A DNA stretch of 64,000 nt, taken from an uncultured bacterium (GTDB taxonomy: Bacteria > Krumholzibacteriota > Krumholzibacteriia > Krumholzibacteriales > Krumholzibacteriaceae). The notes below the pieces were generated by a model that saw only the letters and a program-made list of their open reading frames with translations, was not told where the DNA came from and searched no databases. The position numbers and the translations under genes were made by a program. The stretch covers positions 32,001 to 96,000 of the forward strand of contig CAWFAD010000007.1 of the NCBI GenBank assembly GCA_963813815.1, given 5' to 3'. Position 1 is the first letter of the stretch, and each line of letters opens with the position of its first letter. Shown here in pieces: positions 1-10,697 of this stretch.

Positions 1-65
1 GCCGCGGACGCTCCCGCCGCCCGGGCGCGTCGTCCCCGGCGGATCGCCGGGCGGGAGAATCGGCC

Positions 66-1271
66 ATGAAACCCTTCGATTCGAAATGGGAACGGCTCGC
101 CCCTATCCTCATCGGGGCCCTCTTCGGAGTGTGCGCTGCACTGCTCGTCGTCTCCATCGTCATGTTCAAGCGGGCCGAGGAGCGGGGGCTCTCGTGGACG
201 CTCGGGCGCGGCAGCGTGGCGCCCCCGACGGCCGGCGAGGAGCGCTCGGCGGCGATCGTCGAGGCGACGCGGCTCGCGAGCCCGGCGGTCGTGTCGGTCA
301 CGGCGCTCCTCACGAAGGACGTGACCTCCAACCCCTACCTCTACTACCAGTACCTCCAGCAGTACTACTTCAACCCGTCCTTTCAAGCGCGGATGCGCGA
401 CGGCCGCCCGGTCATAGAGTATTCGAGCTTCGGTTCGGGCGTCGTGCTCGCCCCCGAGGGGTACGTTCTCACGAACGAGCACGTCATCCGGGACGCGGAG
501 CGGATATTCGTCACGATGAACGACGGAACGCAGACCGAGGCGAGGCTCATCGGCGCGGCGGCCGCCTACGATCTCGCGCTCCTCAAGATCGACGGGAAAA
601 ACCTTCCGTACGCGCGGCTCGGCGATTCCGACCGTCTCGCCATCGGCGAATGGGTGATCGCCATCGGCAATCCGTTCGGCTACCTGCTCGACGATCCGCA
701 GCCGAGCGTGACGGTCGGGGTCGTGAGCGCGCTGCACCGCGACGTGCGCGCGCCGAACACCATTTTCAACAACATGATCCAGACGGACGCCGCGATCAAT
801 CCGGGCAACAGCGGCGGTCCGCTCGTGTCGAGCGCGGGGGAGGTCGTCGGCGTCAATACCTTCATATTCTCCACGCAGGAGGGCTCGATTCCGGGCATGA
901 GCTTCGCCATCCCGATCAACACGGCGAAAATGGTGATCGACGAAATCAATCATTACGGGCGCGTGCGGTCCACGTGGACCGGCATCGCGGTGATCGAGCT
1001 CACTTCCGAGGAGGCCCGTCGCCGCCGGCTCGACGTCGACCACGGGCTCTACGTGGATCGGGTCGATCCGGGGCAGCCGGGGGCGGAGGCCGGCATCCGG
1101 CGCGGGGACGTCATTCTCATGGTGAACGGGATGAACGTCCGCACGCAGCAGCAGTCCACGCGGGCGATATTCGGTCTCAAGGTGGGGGACGAGACCGAGA
1201 TCGTCGTCCGCCGCGGCGGGAAAGAGGAGACGCTCAGGCTCAGACTCGGCGAGCGGCCGCGCGGCGCCTAA
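66..1271 (+). CDS. HtrA/DegP-family serine protease (N-terminal TM anchor, trypsin domain, one PDZ)
   Basis: Motifs GSGV, LTNEHV, DLALLKI, IQTDAAINPGNSGGPL; C-terminal PDZ-like region. Confidence 0.93.
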   Translation: MKPFDSKWERLAPILIGALFGVCAALLVVSIVMFKRAEERGLSWTLGRGSVAPPTAGEERSAAIVEATRLASPAVVSVTALLTKDVTSNPYLYYQYLQQYYFNPSFQARMRDGRPVIEYSSFGSGVVLAPEGYVLTNEHVIRDAERIFVTMNDGTQTEARLIGAAAAYDLALLKIDGKNLPYARLGDSDRLAIGEWVIAIGNPFGYLLDDPQPSVTVGVVSALHRDVRAPNTIFNNMIQTDAAINPGNSGGPLVSSAGEVVGVNTFIFSTQEGSIPGMSFAIPINTAKMVIDEINHYGRVRSTWTGIAVIELTSEEARRRRLDVDHGLYVDRVDPGQPGAEAGIRRGDVILMVNGMNVRTQQQSTRAIFGLKVGDETEIVVRRGGKEETLRLRLGERPRGA

Positions 1272-1299
1272 CGCGCCCCCGGCCGAGAGGAGGATTCGA

Positions 1300-2595
1300 T
1301 TGATTCCACGGTATTCCGTTCCCGAGCTCACGCGGATCTGGTCGGACGAGTACCGCTTCGATCTCTGGCGCGAAATCGAAGTGCTCTACTGCGAGGGCAT
1401 GGCCGCGTACGGGATCATCCCGAAGCGCGCCGCGCGCGAGATCCGCGCCCGGGCGGGCTTCGACGTCAAGCGAATCGAGAAGATCGAGGAGCGCGTCCGG
1501 CACGACGTGATCGCCTTCCTCACCGACATGTCGAGCCGGATCGGGCCTTCGGGACGGTATCTCCACCTCGGCATGACGAGCTCCGATCTGCTCGATACGG
1601 CGCTCGCGTGCCAGATGACGGCCGCGGGGCGCGAGATCGCGGCGCGTCTCGGGAAGCTCAGGACCGTTCTCCGCCGTCAGGCGATCCGGCACCGGCGCAC
1701 GCCGATGATCGGCCGCACGCACGGAATGCACGCGGAGCCCATCACGTTCGGGCTCAAGCTGCTCGTGTGGCACGAGGAGATCGGACGGGGGATCGATCGC
1801 CTCGAGGCCGCGATCGAGGAGGTGCGCGTCGGCAAGATGACCGGGGCCGTCGGCACGCAGACGCACATCGACCACCGCGTCGAGCGGTTCGTCATGAAGC
1901 GGCTCGGCCTCGCGACGGCGAAGGCGACGACCCAAATCATCCAGCGGGATCGGCACGCCGCGTTCGTCACCTCGCTCGCTCTCGCCGCCGCGTCGCTCGA
2001 GAAAATGGCGGTCGAGATACGCTCGCTCCAGCGCTCCGACATCAGCGAGGCGGAGGAACCCTTTACGCGCGGGCAAAAAGGCTCGAGCGCGATGCCGCAC
2101 AAGCGCAATCCGATCCTCTGCGAGCGCATCTGCGGCATGGCGCGCATCATCCGGGCGAACTCGCTCGCGGCGCAGGAGAACGTCGCGCTCTGGCACGAGC
2201 GCGACATCAGCCACTCCTCGGTCGAGCGGGTCATCCTGCCCGATTCGACGATGCTGCTCGCGTACATGATCGAGAAGTTCACGTGGATCCTGTCGGATCT
2301 CGGCGTGAACAAGAAGCGGATGCGCGAGAACCTCGAGCGCACGGGAGGGCTCGTGTTCTCCGAGCACGTGCTGCTCCGCCTCGTCGACCGGGGCATCCCC
2401 CGCGAGGAGGCGTACTCGATCGTGCAGGACGCGGCGATGGAGAGCATGCGGACGGGCCGGAGCTTCCGTGAGCTCCTCGCGGGCGACCGGCGCGCTCGCT
2501 CGCTCCTCTCCGCGGAGGAGATCGCGGATCTCTTCGATCTCGACGCGCATTTCAAGAAGATCGATTTTATTTTCAAGCGGACGCTCGGGCGGTGA
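1300..2595 (+). CDS. purB: Adenylosuccinate lyase
   Basis: MIPRY start (TTG after GAGGAGG), RHDVIAF, GRTHG, fumarate-lyase signature GSSAMPHKRNP, ERDISHSSVER. Confidence 0.97.
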   Translation: MIPRYSVPELTRIWSDEYRFDLWREIEVLYCEGMAAYGIIPKRAAREIRARAGFDVKRIEKIEERVRHDVIAFLTDMSSRIGPSGRYLHLGMTSSDLLDTALACQMTAAGREIAARLGKLRTVLRRQAIRHRRTPMIGRTHGMHAEPITFGLKLLVWHEEIGRGIDRLEAAIEEVRVGKMTGAVGTQTHIDHRVERFVMKRLGLATAKATTQIIQRDRHAAFVTSLALAAASLEKMAVEIRSLQRSDISEAEEPFTRGQKGSSAMPHKRNPILCERICGMARIIRANSLAAQENVALWHERDISHSSVERVILPDSTMLLAYMIEKFTWILSDLGVNKKRMRENLERTGGLVFSEHVLLRLVDRGIPREEAYSIVQDAAMESMRTGRSFRELLAGDRRARSLLSAEEIADLFDLDAHFKKIDFIFKRTLGR

Positions 2596-2660
2596 GGGGC
2601 GGGTTCCCGCTCCTTTGGCCGCATGCCGGCGTCCCGGTTCATCACCGGTAACGAGACAGG

Positions 2661-5062
2661 ATGGCACGCATGGGCGCTCCTCTCACGGGTGTCGTTTCGA
2701 TACGGGGATTGACGGACGAACGAATCGCCGAAACGCTCTCGCGGAACGGCTTCAACATCACGCCGGGCGAGGCCCGGCGCGTGACCGAGCTGCTCGGCCG
2801 CGATCCGACCGCGGTGGAGCTCACGATATTCAACACGATGTGGAGCGAGCACTGCAGCTACAAGAGCAGCCGCCGGATTCTCAAGGAGCACCTCCCCGTC
2901 GAGGCGCCGAACGTCGTGCTCGGACCGGGGGAGGACGCCGGGATCGTGCGCTTCGCCCCGGCCGGGGACGGGGATTGGTGGTGTCTCGTCATCGGGCACG
3001 AGAGCCACAACCACCCCTCGCAGGTCGTTCCCGTCGAGGGGGCCGCGACGGGCATCGGCGGCATCGTGCGCGACGTCTACTGCATGGGCGCGGACGTCGT
3101 CGGCGTGCTCGATCCGCTCCGGTTCGGCGATCCGGCGGGGCCGAAGGGTCAGCAGGCGGTCGCGATCGCGCGGGGGGTCGTCGAGGGGATCGCACAGTAC
3201 GGCAACGCGCTCGGGGTGCCGAACCTCGGCGGCGACATCGTCTTCGACCGCGGCTACGACGACAACTGCCTCGTGAACGTCGTCGCGGCGGGGATCGTGC
3301 TCGAGTCGCGCATCATCCGCAGCCGCGTTCCCGACGAGGCGCGGCGGACGCCCTACGTCATGATCCTCATCGGCAAGCCCACGGACGATTCGGGGTTCGG
3401 CGGAGCGGCCTTCGCCTCGGAGGACCTCGCCGGCGAGGAGAAAGCCAACCGGGGCGCCGTGCAGGTGCCCGATCCGTTCCTCAAGCGCGTGCTCGCCGAG
3501 GCGACGAAGAAGGTCGTCGAGGCGGCTCGCGCGCGCGGGGTCGCGATCGGTTTCAAGGATCTCGGCGCCGGCGGCATCGCCTGCGCCACATCCGAAATGG
3601 CGGACGCCGGCGGCTTCGGCGTGAAGCTCGATCTCGACAAGGTCAGGACGGCGCTCGGACATTTCCCGCCGGCCGTGGTCTCGTGCAGCGAGACGCAGGA
3701 GCGGTACGCCATGGCGGTGCCGCGCGAGTTCGCCGACGAGGTGCTCAGAATCTACAACGAGGATTTCGAGCTCCCGCGCATCTATCACGGCGCGGGCGCC
3801 TCGGTCATCGGCGAGATCACGCTCGAGCCCAACTACTCGATCGAGACCGCGGAGGGCCTCGTCTGCGCGGCCCCCGTCGGGGTGATCACGACGGGAATCG
3901 CCTACGACCGGACGGGGAAACCGCGTTTGCGGCGCTTCGAGGAGCCGGCGCTCGATCCCCGGAGATCGCTCCGGGAGGATTTTCTCGCGCTCCTCTCCTC
4001 GCCCAACATCGCATCGAAGAACCACGTTTTCCGCCGCTACGACTCGGAGGTGCAGGGACGGGCCGTGCTGCGGCCGGGGGAGGCGGACGCCGCCGTCATC
4101 GCCCCCCTTCCGGGCGAGCGGGTCGGTCTCGCCTTCTCCGTCGACGGCAACCCGTTCTACGGTCTCATCGATCCCTACCAGGGAGGGGCGCTCGCCGTCT
4201 GCGAGAGCGTCCGGAACGTCGCCTCGGTGGGGGGCGTGCCCGCGACGATCACCGACTGCCTCAACTACGGCAACCCGGAGGTCGAGGAGGTGTTCTGGGA
4301 ATTCGTCGAGGGGGTGCGCGGCATCGGCGACGCCTGCCGCGGCATCGGGCACCTCTCGCACGAGGGGGCGCCGCTGCCGATCGTGTCGGGAAACGTGAGC
4401 TTCTACAACCAGAACGAGGCGGGCAAGCCGGTCCCTCCTTCCCCCGTCGTCTGCTGCGCCGGCGTCGTCGACGATTACTCGCGTTGCCGGTCGATCCAGC
4501 TCAAGGAGGAAGGGAGCGCGCTCTACCTCCTCGGCGAGATACTCGACGAGCTCGGCGGGAGCGAGTACTACCGCGTGATCTACGGCGCGCTCGGCGCCAA
4601 CGTGCCGAAGGCGGATTTTCTGCGCGAGCGCGCGCTCGCCGGCACCGTCATCGAGATGCACCGGCTCGGAGTGGTGCGCGCGTGCCACGACGTGGGGCAG
4701 GGCGGACTCCTCACGGCGCTCGCCGAGATGGCGCTCGGAGGGCGCGGCGCGGGAACGCTCGGTTTCACGCTCGACCTCGACGCGCTCGCGCCGCTCGGAC
4801 TTCGGCCCGAGAAGCTCCTCTTCGCGGAGACGGGCGCGTATCTCGTCGAAACGCCGCCCGGCATCGAGCGCGAGATGCTCGCCCTCTGCGCGAGAAACCG
4901 CGTGAAGCTCTTCAGGCTCGGGGAGGTGCGGGAGGCGCCGCGGCTCGAGGTCGTGGCCGGGGGGAGACGATGGCGCGCTGGAAGCTCGATGAGCTTCGCG
5001 ACGCGTACCTCGAGGCCTGCCGCCCGATATTCGGCGTCGAAGACAAGAGGAAAGGAGCATAG
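2661..5062 (+). CDS. purL: FGAM synthase subunit PurL (small type), with an apparent 1-base frameshift at the G run 4959-4964; start may be ATG 2670
   Basis: MWSEHCSYKSS, ESHNHPS, GAATGIGGIVRD, DLGAGG, SETQER, TDCLNYGNP, VSGNVSFYN. The PurL-like tail (..WKLDELRDAYLEA..) lies in another frame and ends at TAG 5062, directly before purQ. Confidence 0.93.
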
Positions 5063-5896
5063 GTGGCCAAGTCCTTCAGGGGCGCCGTCGCGGTCATTCA
5101 GTTTCCCGGCGTGAACTGCGAATACGAGAGCGCCGCCGCCGTGCGCTCGGTCGGCCTCGGGGCGGAGATCTTCCGCTGGAACGAGAGCCCCGCGGCGCTC
5201 GAAGACTCCATCGGCATCGTTCTCCCCGGCGGCTTTTCCTATCAGGACCGTATCCGCGCGGGGGTCGTCGCGGCGAAGGACCGCGTCATGGACGCGGTGA
5301 GCGCGCTGGCGCGCGGCGGGAAGCCGGTGCTCGGGATCTGCAACGGCGCCCAGGTGCTCGTCGAGGCGGGGCTCATCCCGGGCATTCACTGGGAGAAGGT
5401 CGACCTCGCGCTCGCCCCGAACGTCATGGCCGACCGCGAGGGGTACTACTGCAATTGGGTGTACCTGCGCCGCGAGAGATCGAGCTGTTTCTGGACGGGG
5501 CTCTACCGCGACGACGAAGTCATTCCCGTGCCCGTCGCGCACGCCGAGGGGCGCTTCACGACCGAGGACGCGGGCGTGCTCGAGGAGATGAAGCGCGGGG
5601 GGCAGGTGGCGCTGCGATACTGCGACGCCTCCGGCGCCGTCGCCGATTCGTTCCCCGCGAACCCGAACGGCTCCGTGGAGTCGATCGCCGGCGTCTGCAA
5701 CCGCGAGGGGAACGTGCTGGCCCTCATGCCGCACCCCGAGCGCGCGACGTGGCTGCGGCAGGTCCCCGAGGATCTCGGCGACGGATGGGCCAAGCGCCGC
5801 CGCGCCGCCGCGGGCTCCCCCGGACGGCTCGAGGAAGAGGGGCCGGGGCGCCGGTTCTTCGCCGCTCTCGGCGGAGCGAAGGGAGGCTCGCGATGA
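5063..5896 (+). CDS. purQ: FGAM synthase glutaminase subunit PurQ
   Basis: FPGVNC, LPGGFSY, LGICNG, AHAEG, NPNGS, MPHPER. Confidence 0.96.
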   Translation: MAKSFRGAVAVIQFPGVNCEYESAAAVRSVGLGAEIFRWNESPAALEDSIGIVLPGGFSYQDRIRAGVVAAKDRVMDAVSALARGGKPVLGICNGAQVLVEAGLIPGIHWEKVDLALAPNVMADREGYYCNWVYLRRERSSCFWTGLYRDDEVIPVPVAHAEGRFTTEDAGVLEEMKRGGQVALRYCDASGAVADSFPANPNGSVESIAGVCNREGNVLALMPHPERATWLRQVPEDLGDGWAKRRRAAAGSPGRLEEEGPGRRFFAALGGAKGGSR

Positions 5897-6471
5897 AGCT
5901 CGCCGTGGAGCTCTGGGTCCGGCTGCGGGTCATCGACCTCGTGGCGCAGACGGCGCGCATCACGCTCACGGACAAGCTCGATTTCGGCGGGCGGCTCCGC
6001 GGGCTTCAGCACTACTGGTACTGGGCGATGGACGCCGAGGGGGATCGGGCGCGCGAGGTTCTCGACGAAATCGATCGCGCGATCCGTCTCGACAGCGCCT
6101 TCACGAATCCGAACAAGCACGTCTACCGGCTCGCCGCCGGCGCGGAACCGCCGCGCGGCGATCTCGCCCTCGAGCGCGACTATCCGGTCGAGGGCGGGAC
6201 GGCGGGGCTCTTCGCCGTCGATTGCCTCGTGCGCGAGCGCCGCTCCGACCGCGAGGCCGGGTATGAGGCGCGGCTCGGCGCGAGGCTCCGCGGGGCGGCG
6301 GTGTCGAACATGAGGCACGGCGAGGTCTGGCGGATCGTCGTGAGCGAGCCGTCGGAGAGCTCGGCTCTCGCGGAGGCGGAACGGATGCTCGTGAGCCGCT
6401 CTCGGCGCGAGGGATTGCTCCTCAATCCGCACTACCAGCGGTACGAGGTTATCGGAACGAGGCGGCTGTGA
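5893..6471 (+). CDS. Double-length PurS-like protein (two PurS-like units)
   Basis: ATGA overlap with purQ; 192 aa; each half ends in a PurS-like NP motif (FTNPNKHVY, LLNPHYQRY); sits inside the pur cluster, where no other purS is seen. Confidence 0.65.
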   Translation: MKLAVELWVRLRVIDLVAQTARITLTDKLDFGGRLRGLQHYWYWAMDAEGDRAREVLDEIDRAIRLDSAFTNPNKHVYRLAAGAEPPRGDLALERDYPVEGGTAGLFAVDCLVRERRSDREAGYEARLGARLRGAAVSNMRHGEVWRIVVSEPSESSALAEAERMLVSRSRREGLLLNPHYQRYEVIGTRRL

Positions 6472-6541
6472 CGGGCGAACGCCGTCCCGGAGCGCTCCCC
6501 CCTCGGGAGGGTTCGCGGCGGCGGAAAGGACGAGACACGCA

Positions 6542-7959
6542 GTGAAGCTCAAGGAAGAATGCGCGGTGTTCGGATGCCACGGGACGGCCGAGGCGGCCTC
6601 GATCGCGTACCTCGGGCTCTACGCGCTCCAGCACCGCGGACAGGAGAGCACCGGCATCATCACGTCCGACGGCTCGCGGATCTACGAGCATCGCGATCTC
6701 GGTCTCGTCTCGAAGGTGTACACCGCCGAGACGCTCGCCGGCTTGCGGGGGCACATGAGCATCGGACACAACCGCTACTCGACGACGGGTCTCACGAGCG
6801 AGGCCAACATGCAACCGATGCTCGTCGACTGCAAGATCGGCCCGATCGCCGTCGCGCACAACGGCAACATCGTCAACGCCGTCGAGCTCCGGCGCGAGAT
6901 GGAGCTCGACGGATCGATCTTCCGGAGCACCACGGACAGCGAAGTCGTCCTCCATCTCATCGCCCGGAGCCGCCGCTCCTCCCTCGAGGAGATGATCGCG
7001 GACGCGCTCTCGCGGGTCCGGGGGCCTTCTCGCTCGTTTTTCTCACGAAGGACCGGGTGATCGCCGCGCGCGACCCGCACGGCTTCCGTCCGCTCTGTCT
7101 CGGCCGTCTCGGCGACGCGCACGTCGTGGCGTCCGAGAGCTGCGCCTTCGACATCATCGGCGCAGCGTACCAGCGCGAGGTGGCCCCGGGCGAGCTCTGC
7201 GTCCTCGGGGACGGCGGTCCGCAGTTCCTGCGGTGGAGCGAGCCGGCGAGGAAGCTCAACCGGTGCATTTTCGAGTTCATCTACTTCTCTCGCCCCGACA
7301 GCCGCGTGTTCGGGGAGAACGTCGACAAGGTCCGCCGCAAGCTCGGGCGCCGTCTCGCCGCCGAGTCGTCCGTCGACGCGGACATCGTGATCGCGGTGCC
7401 CGACTCGAGCAACACGATCGCGCTCGGATACGCCGAGGCTTCGCGGTTGCCGTTCGAGCTCGGCCTCATCCGCAACCACTACGTCGGGCGCACCTTCATC
7501 CAGCCGCGGCAGGTGCTGCGGGACTGGGACGTGCGGATCAAGTTCAACCCCGTCAGGGGCGTGCTCAAGGGCAGGCGGGTCGTCGTGGTCGACGACTCGA
7601 TCGTGCGCGGCTCGACGATGCGCAAGCTCGTATCCATCATTCGGCAGGGCGGCGCCTCCGAGATTCACCTGCGCATCGGCTCTCCGCCCATCACTCATTC
7701 GTGCTTCTACGGCATCGACACGCCGACGCGCGGCGAGCTCATCGCATCGAGCCACTCGGTCGAGGATATCCGCTCGTACCTCGGCGTCGAAAGCCTTCAC
7801 TATCTTTCCACCGAGGGGCTGCTCTCGTGCGTCGAGGATCCGGACAACTACTGCGTCGCCTGCTTCACGGGCGACTACCCGATCGATCCGTCGGAAGGTA
7901 CGAACAAAACTGTGTTCGAGCGGCGGAGCGGGTGCGGCGACGGCTTCGAGGACGCGTAG
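6542..7959 (+). CDS. purF: Amidophosphoribosyltransferase (propeptide, Fe-S type), with an apparent 1-base frameshift at the G run 7020-7024
   Basis: EECAVFG, QHRGQE, GHNRYST, HNGN in the first frame; ARDPHGFRPL, CIFEFIYFSRPD, VVDDSIVRGST, CFYGID, CVACFTG in the second. Confidence 0.94.
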
Positions 7960-7980
7960 AGAGGGTTCCCGGGGAGACGG

Positions 7981-10620
7981 ATGTCGAACGCGGATCATAG
8001 CGCCGGGACTCTCGCCGATTCGTTCGCGTCGCGCGCCCTCCATCCGCTCGTCGAGCGTCCGTCGCGCTACTCGGATTGCGAGCTCAACCTCTCGAGCCCG
8101 GGCTGGGGCGAGGGCCGCTTCAACGTGCTCCTCGTTTTCCCCGACGCCTACGAGATCGGCGCCTCCCATCAGGGAATCCGTTTCCTCTACCACCGGCTCG
8201 CGGCGATGCCGGGGGTGGGAGTCGAGTTCGCGTTCGCGCCCTGGCCCGACGCCGAGCGGCTCATGCGGGCCACGGGGGAGCCGCTCCGCTCGCTCGCGAC
8301 CCTCACGCCGGCGCGGCGGTTCGATCTCATCGGTTTCTCCGTCATGTACGAGCTCCATTACACCAACATCCTCGCGATGCTCGACCTCGCCGGGCTCGAT
8401 CTCGAGGCCTCGCGGCGCGGCGGGCGGGATCCGATCGTCGTGGCGGGCGGGGCCTGCTGCACGAACCCGCTGCCGTTCTTTCCCGCCGTCGACGCCGTGT
8501 TTCTCGGCGACGCGGAGGATTCCCTCGCCGAGGCGGTCGGGGCGCTCGTTCCCCTCGCCGCGGCCGGGGCGGCGCGAGCGGACCGGATCGAGGCGCTCGC
8601 CGGGATCGCGGGCGTGGCCGTCCGCGGCGCCTCCGCCCCGGTGAAGACGCGCACCCACCGCTTCGAGCCGGACGATCTCCCGCGGCGCCCCATCGTTCCC
8701 GTATCCGACATCGTGCATCAGCGCCTCTCGATCGAGATCATGCGGGGCTGCGCGCGGGGGTGCCGCTTCTGCCACGCGGGAATGTTCTACCGGCCGTGCC
8801 GCGAGCGGACGGTGGACGAAATCGTGGAGGCCGTTCGCGAGGGCCTCGACGCGACGGGCTGGGACGAGGTGTCGCTGCTGTCGCTTTCGACCTCGGACTA
8901 CTCGCGGCTCGGCGAGCTCCTCGCGCGCCTCGTGCCGGAGCTCGAGCGGCGGAGGGTGTCGCTCGCCCTGCCGAGCCTTCGCCCCGAGACGATCACGGAC
9001 GAAATCGTCTCGGCGTCGGGCGTCGTGGGGCGCTCCGGATTCACGATCGCGCCGGAGGCGGGGACGGAGAGGCTGCGGCGCGTCGTCCGGAAGGATTTCA
9101 GCGACGGGGAGATCGTCGAGGGGGCGCGCACGATTCTCGCCGCGGGCTGGCAGAGCCTCAAGCTCTACTTCATGATCGGGCTCCCGACCGAGACGGAGCG
9201 CGATCTCGACGGCGTCGCGGATCTCGTCGAGGCGATACTGGCTCTGCCGCGAAGCCGCGGCCGGTTCAGTCTCGGCGTTTCGATCTCTCCCTTCGTGCCG
9301 AAGGCGCACACGCCCTTCCAGTGGGAGCGCCAGTGCACGATGGAGGAGATCCGGGCGAAGCAGCGGTATCTCGCCTCGCGCGTCAAGGGCAGATTCGTGA
9401 GCCTCTCGCAGCGCGCCCCCGAGGTGAGCGCCCTCGAGGGCGCGCTCGCGCGCGGCGACGGCCGCCTCTGGCCGGCGCTGCGGCGCGCGTTCGAGCTCGG
9501 CTGCCGCTTCGACGGCTGGGGGGACCGGCTGCGGTTCGACCTCTGGGAGCGCGCTCTCGGCGAGGTGGGGCTCTCGCTCGAGGAGCTCGCCGCGGCGCGT
9601 CCGGTCGACGAGCCTCTGCCGTGGGATTTTCTCGAGCTGCACGGCACGAAGGGCATGCTCCGTAAGGAGCGGGATCTGGCGTTCGCCGCGGGCTCATGCG
9701 CGCCGGCGGACGGGACGGAGGGCGGAAAGGGAGACCTGGGGGCGGGCGCCCCGCCGCGCCCCGGCGCGCGATTCGAGATCCGCATGCCGGTTTCCGTCCC
9801 CCGGGCCGGGCCGCATTTCCGTTACCGGTTTCTCTACGAGAAGACGGGGCGCGTGCGTTTTCTCTCGCACATCGAGACGCTCAACGTCCTCCAGCGCGCG
9901 CTGAGGCGCTCGGGTCTTCCCGTGGCCTTCAGCGAGGGGTTCCACCCGCATCCGCGGATATCCGCGGGGCCTTCGCTCGCCGTCGGCATGGAGGGGCTCG
10001 GCGAGTTTCTGGACGTCGAACTCTCCTCGCCGGCGCGCTGCGAGAGCGAGGCGCTCGGACGAGGCCTCCCCGAGGGTATGCGCGTCATCGCGTGCGCCGG
10101 TCCGTTCACGAAAGGGGGCGGCAAGCTGCCCTCCTCGGTGCGGTTCCGGTTCCTCGTCGACTTCGCCGTGCTCCGGAGGCTTCTCGCGGCGGCGGGCGCG
10201 GCGCCGCCCGCGCCCTCGGCGGAGTCGACGGAAATATTGTGCGGCGACGAGCGTATGTGGTATTTTCTCGGGAGCGAGCTCGCGGTCGCCGGCGTGCCCG
10301 GCCTCTTCGAAGACGGAGCGCCGGTCGATCCGGCGGCCGCGTTCGAGGCCCTCTGGGGGCGCATGTTCGAGGAAGGAGCCGCCCTCGCGACGGAGAAGGG
10401 CGCGGAGCGCCGCTGCCGCGATTGCTCGGTGCGGACCGCCGGTCCCGGGGCGCTCGAGCTCGTGCTCCCGGGCGGCGAAGGCGGAGTGCGCCCGCAGGAT
10501 CTCTTAATGGCGTTGTTGCCGAAGAATCTCGCTTCACTCGCGATGATTCGGAGGCTCGAGATACAATACCAGACCGATTCGGGCTGGAAAAGCCCACTGG
10601 AGTTGGTTCAATACGCATGA
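7981..10620 (+). CDS. TIGR03960-type radical SAM protein fused to a DUF2344/TIGR03936-type domain
   Basis: FPDAYEIG, ELHYTN, RGCARGCRFC (CxxxCxxC), APEAG, KLYFMIGLPTE, FVPKAHTPFQW; then YEKTGRVRFLSH and FSEGFHPHPRIS; lies upstream of rne/rng. Confidence 0.88.
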   Translation: MSNADHSAGTLADSFASRALHPLVERPSRYSDCELNLSSPGWGEGRFNVLLVFPDAYEIGASHQGIRFLYHRLAAMPGVGVEFAFAPWPDAERLMRATGEPLRSLATLTPARRFDLIGFSVMYELHYTNILAMLDLAGLDLEASRRGGRDPIVVAGGACCTNPLPFFPAVDAVFLGDAEDSLAEAVGALVPLAAAGAARADRIEALAGIAGVAVRGASAPVKTRTHRFEPDDLPRRPIVPVSDIVHQRLSIEIMRGCARGCRFCHAGMFYRPCRERTVDEIVEAVREGLDATGWDEVSLLSLSTSDYSRLGELLARLVPELERRRVSLALPSLRPETITDEIVSASGVVGRSGFTIAPEAGTERLRRVVRKDFSDGEIVEGARTILAAGWQSLKLYFMIGLPTETERDLDGVADLVEAILALPRSRGRFSLGVSISPFVPKAHTPFQWERQCTMEEIRAKQRYLASRVKGRFVSLSQRAPEVSALEGALARGDGRLWPALRRAFELGCRFDGWGDRLRFDLWERALGEVGLSLEELAAARPVDEPLPWDFLELHGTKGMLRKERDLAFAAGSCAPADGTEGGKGDLGAGAPPRPGARFEIRMPVSVPRAGPHFRYRFLYEKTGRVRFLSHIETLNVLQRALRRSGLPVAFSEGFHPHPRISAGPSLAVGMEGLGEFLDVELSSPARCESEALGRGLPEGMRVIACAGPFTKGGGKLPSSVRFRFLVDFAVLRRLLAAAGAAPPAPSAESTEILCGDERMWYFLGSELAVAGVPGLFEDGAPVDPAAAFEALWGRMFEEGAALATEKGAERRCRDCSVRTAGPGALELVLPGGEGGVRPQDLLMALLPKNLASLAMIRRLEIQYQTDSGWKSPLELVQYA

Positions 10621-10697
10621 GACCACGATCGAGACGGCATAGGAGGCCGCGAGAGGCGGCCGACGCGTCGGTTTCCAGCAAGGAAGCCCGGCGCGCG

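Noticed and set aside
2661..7959. purL and purF as true pseudogenes
   Set aside because: Single indels in homopolymers with all motifs intact and no other decay; error is more parsimonious
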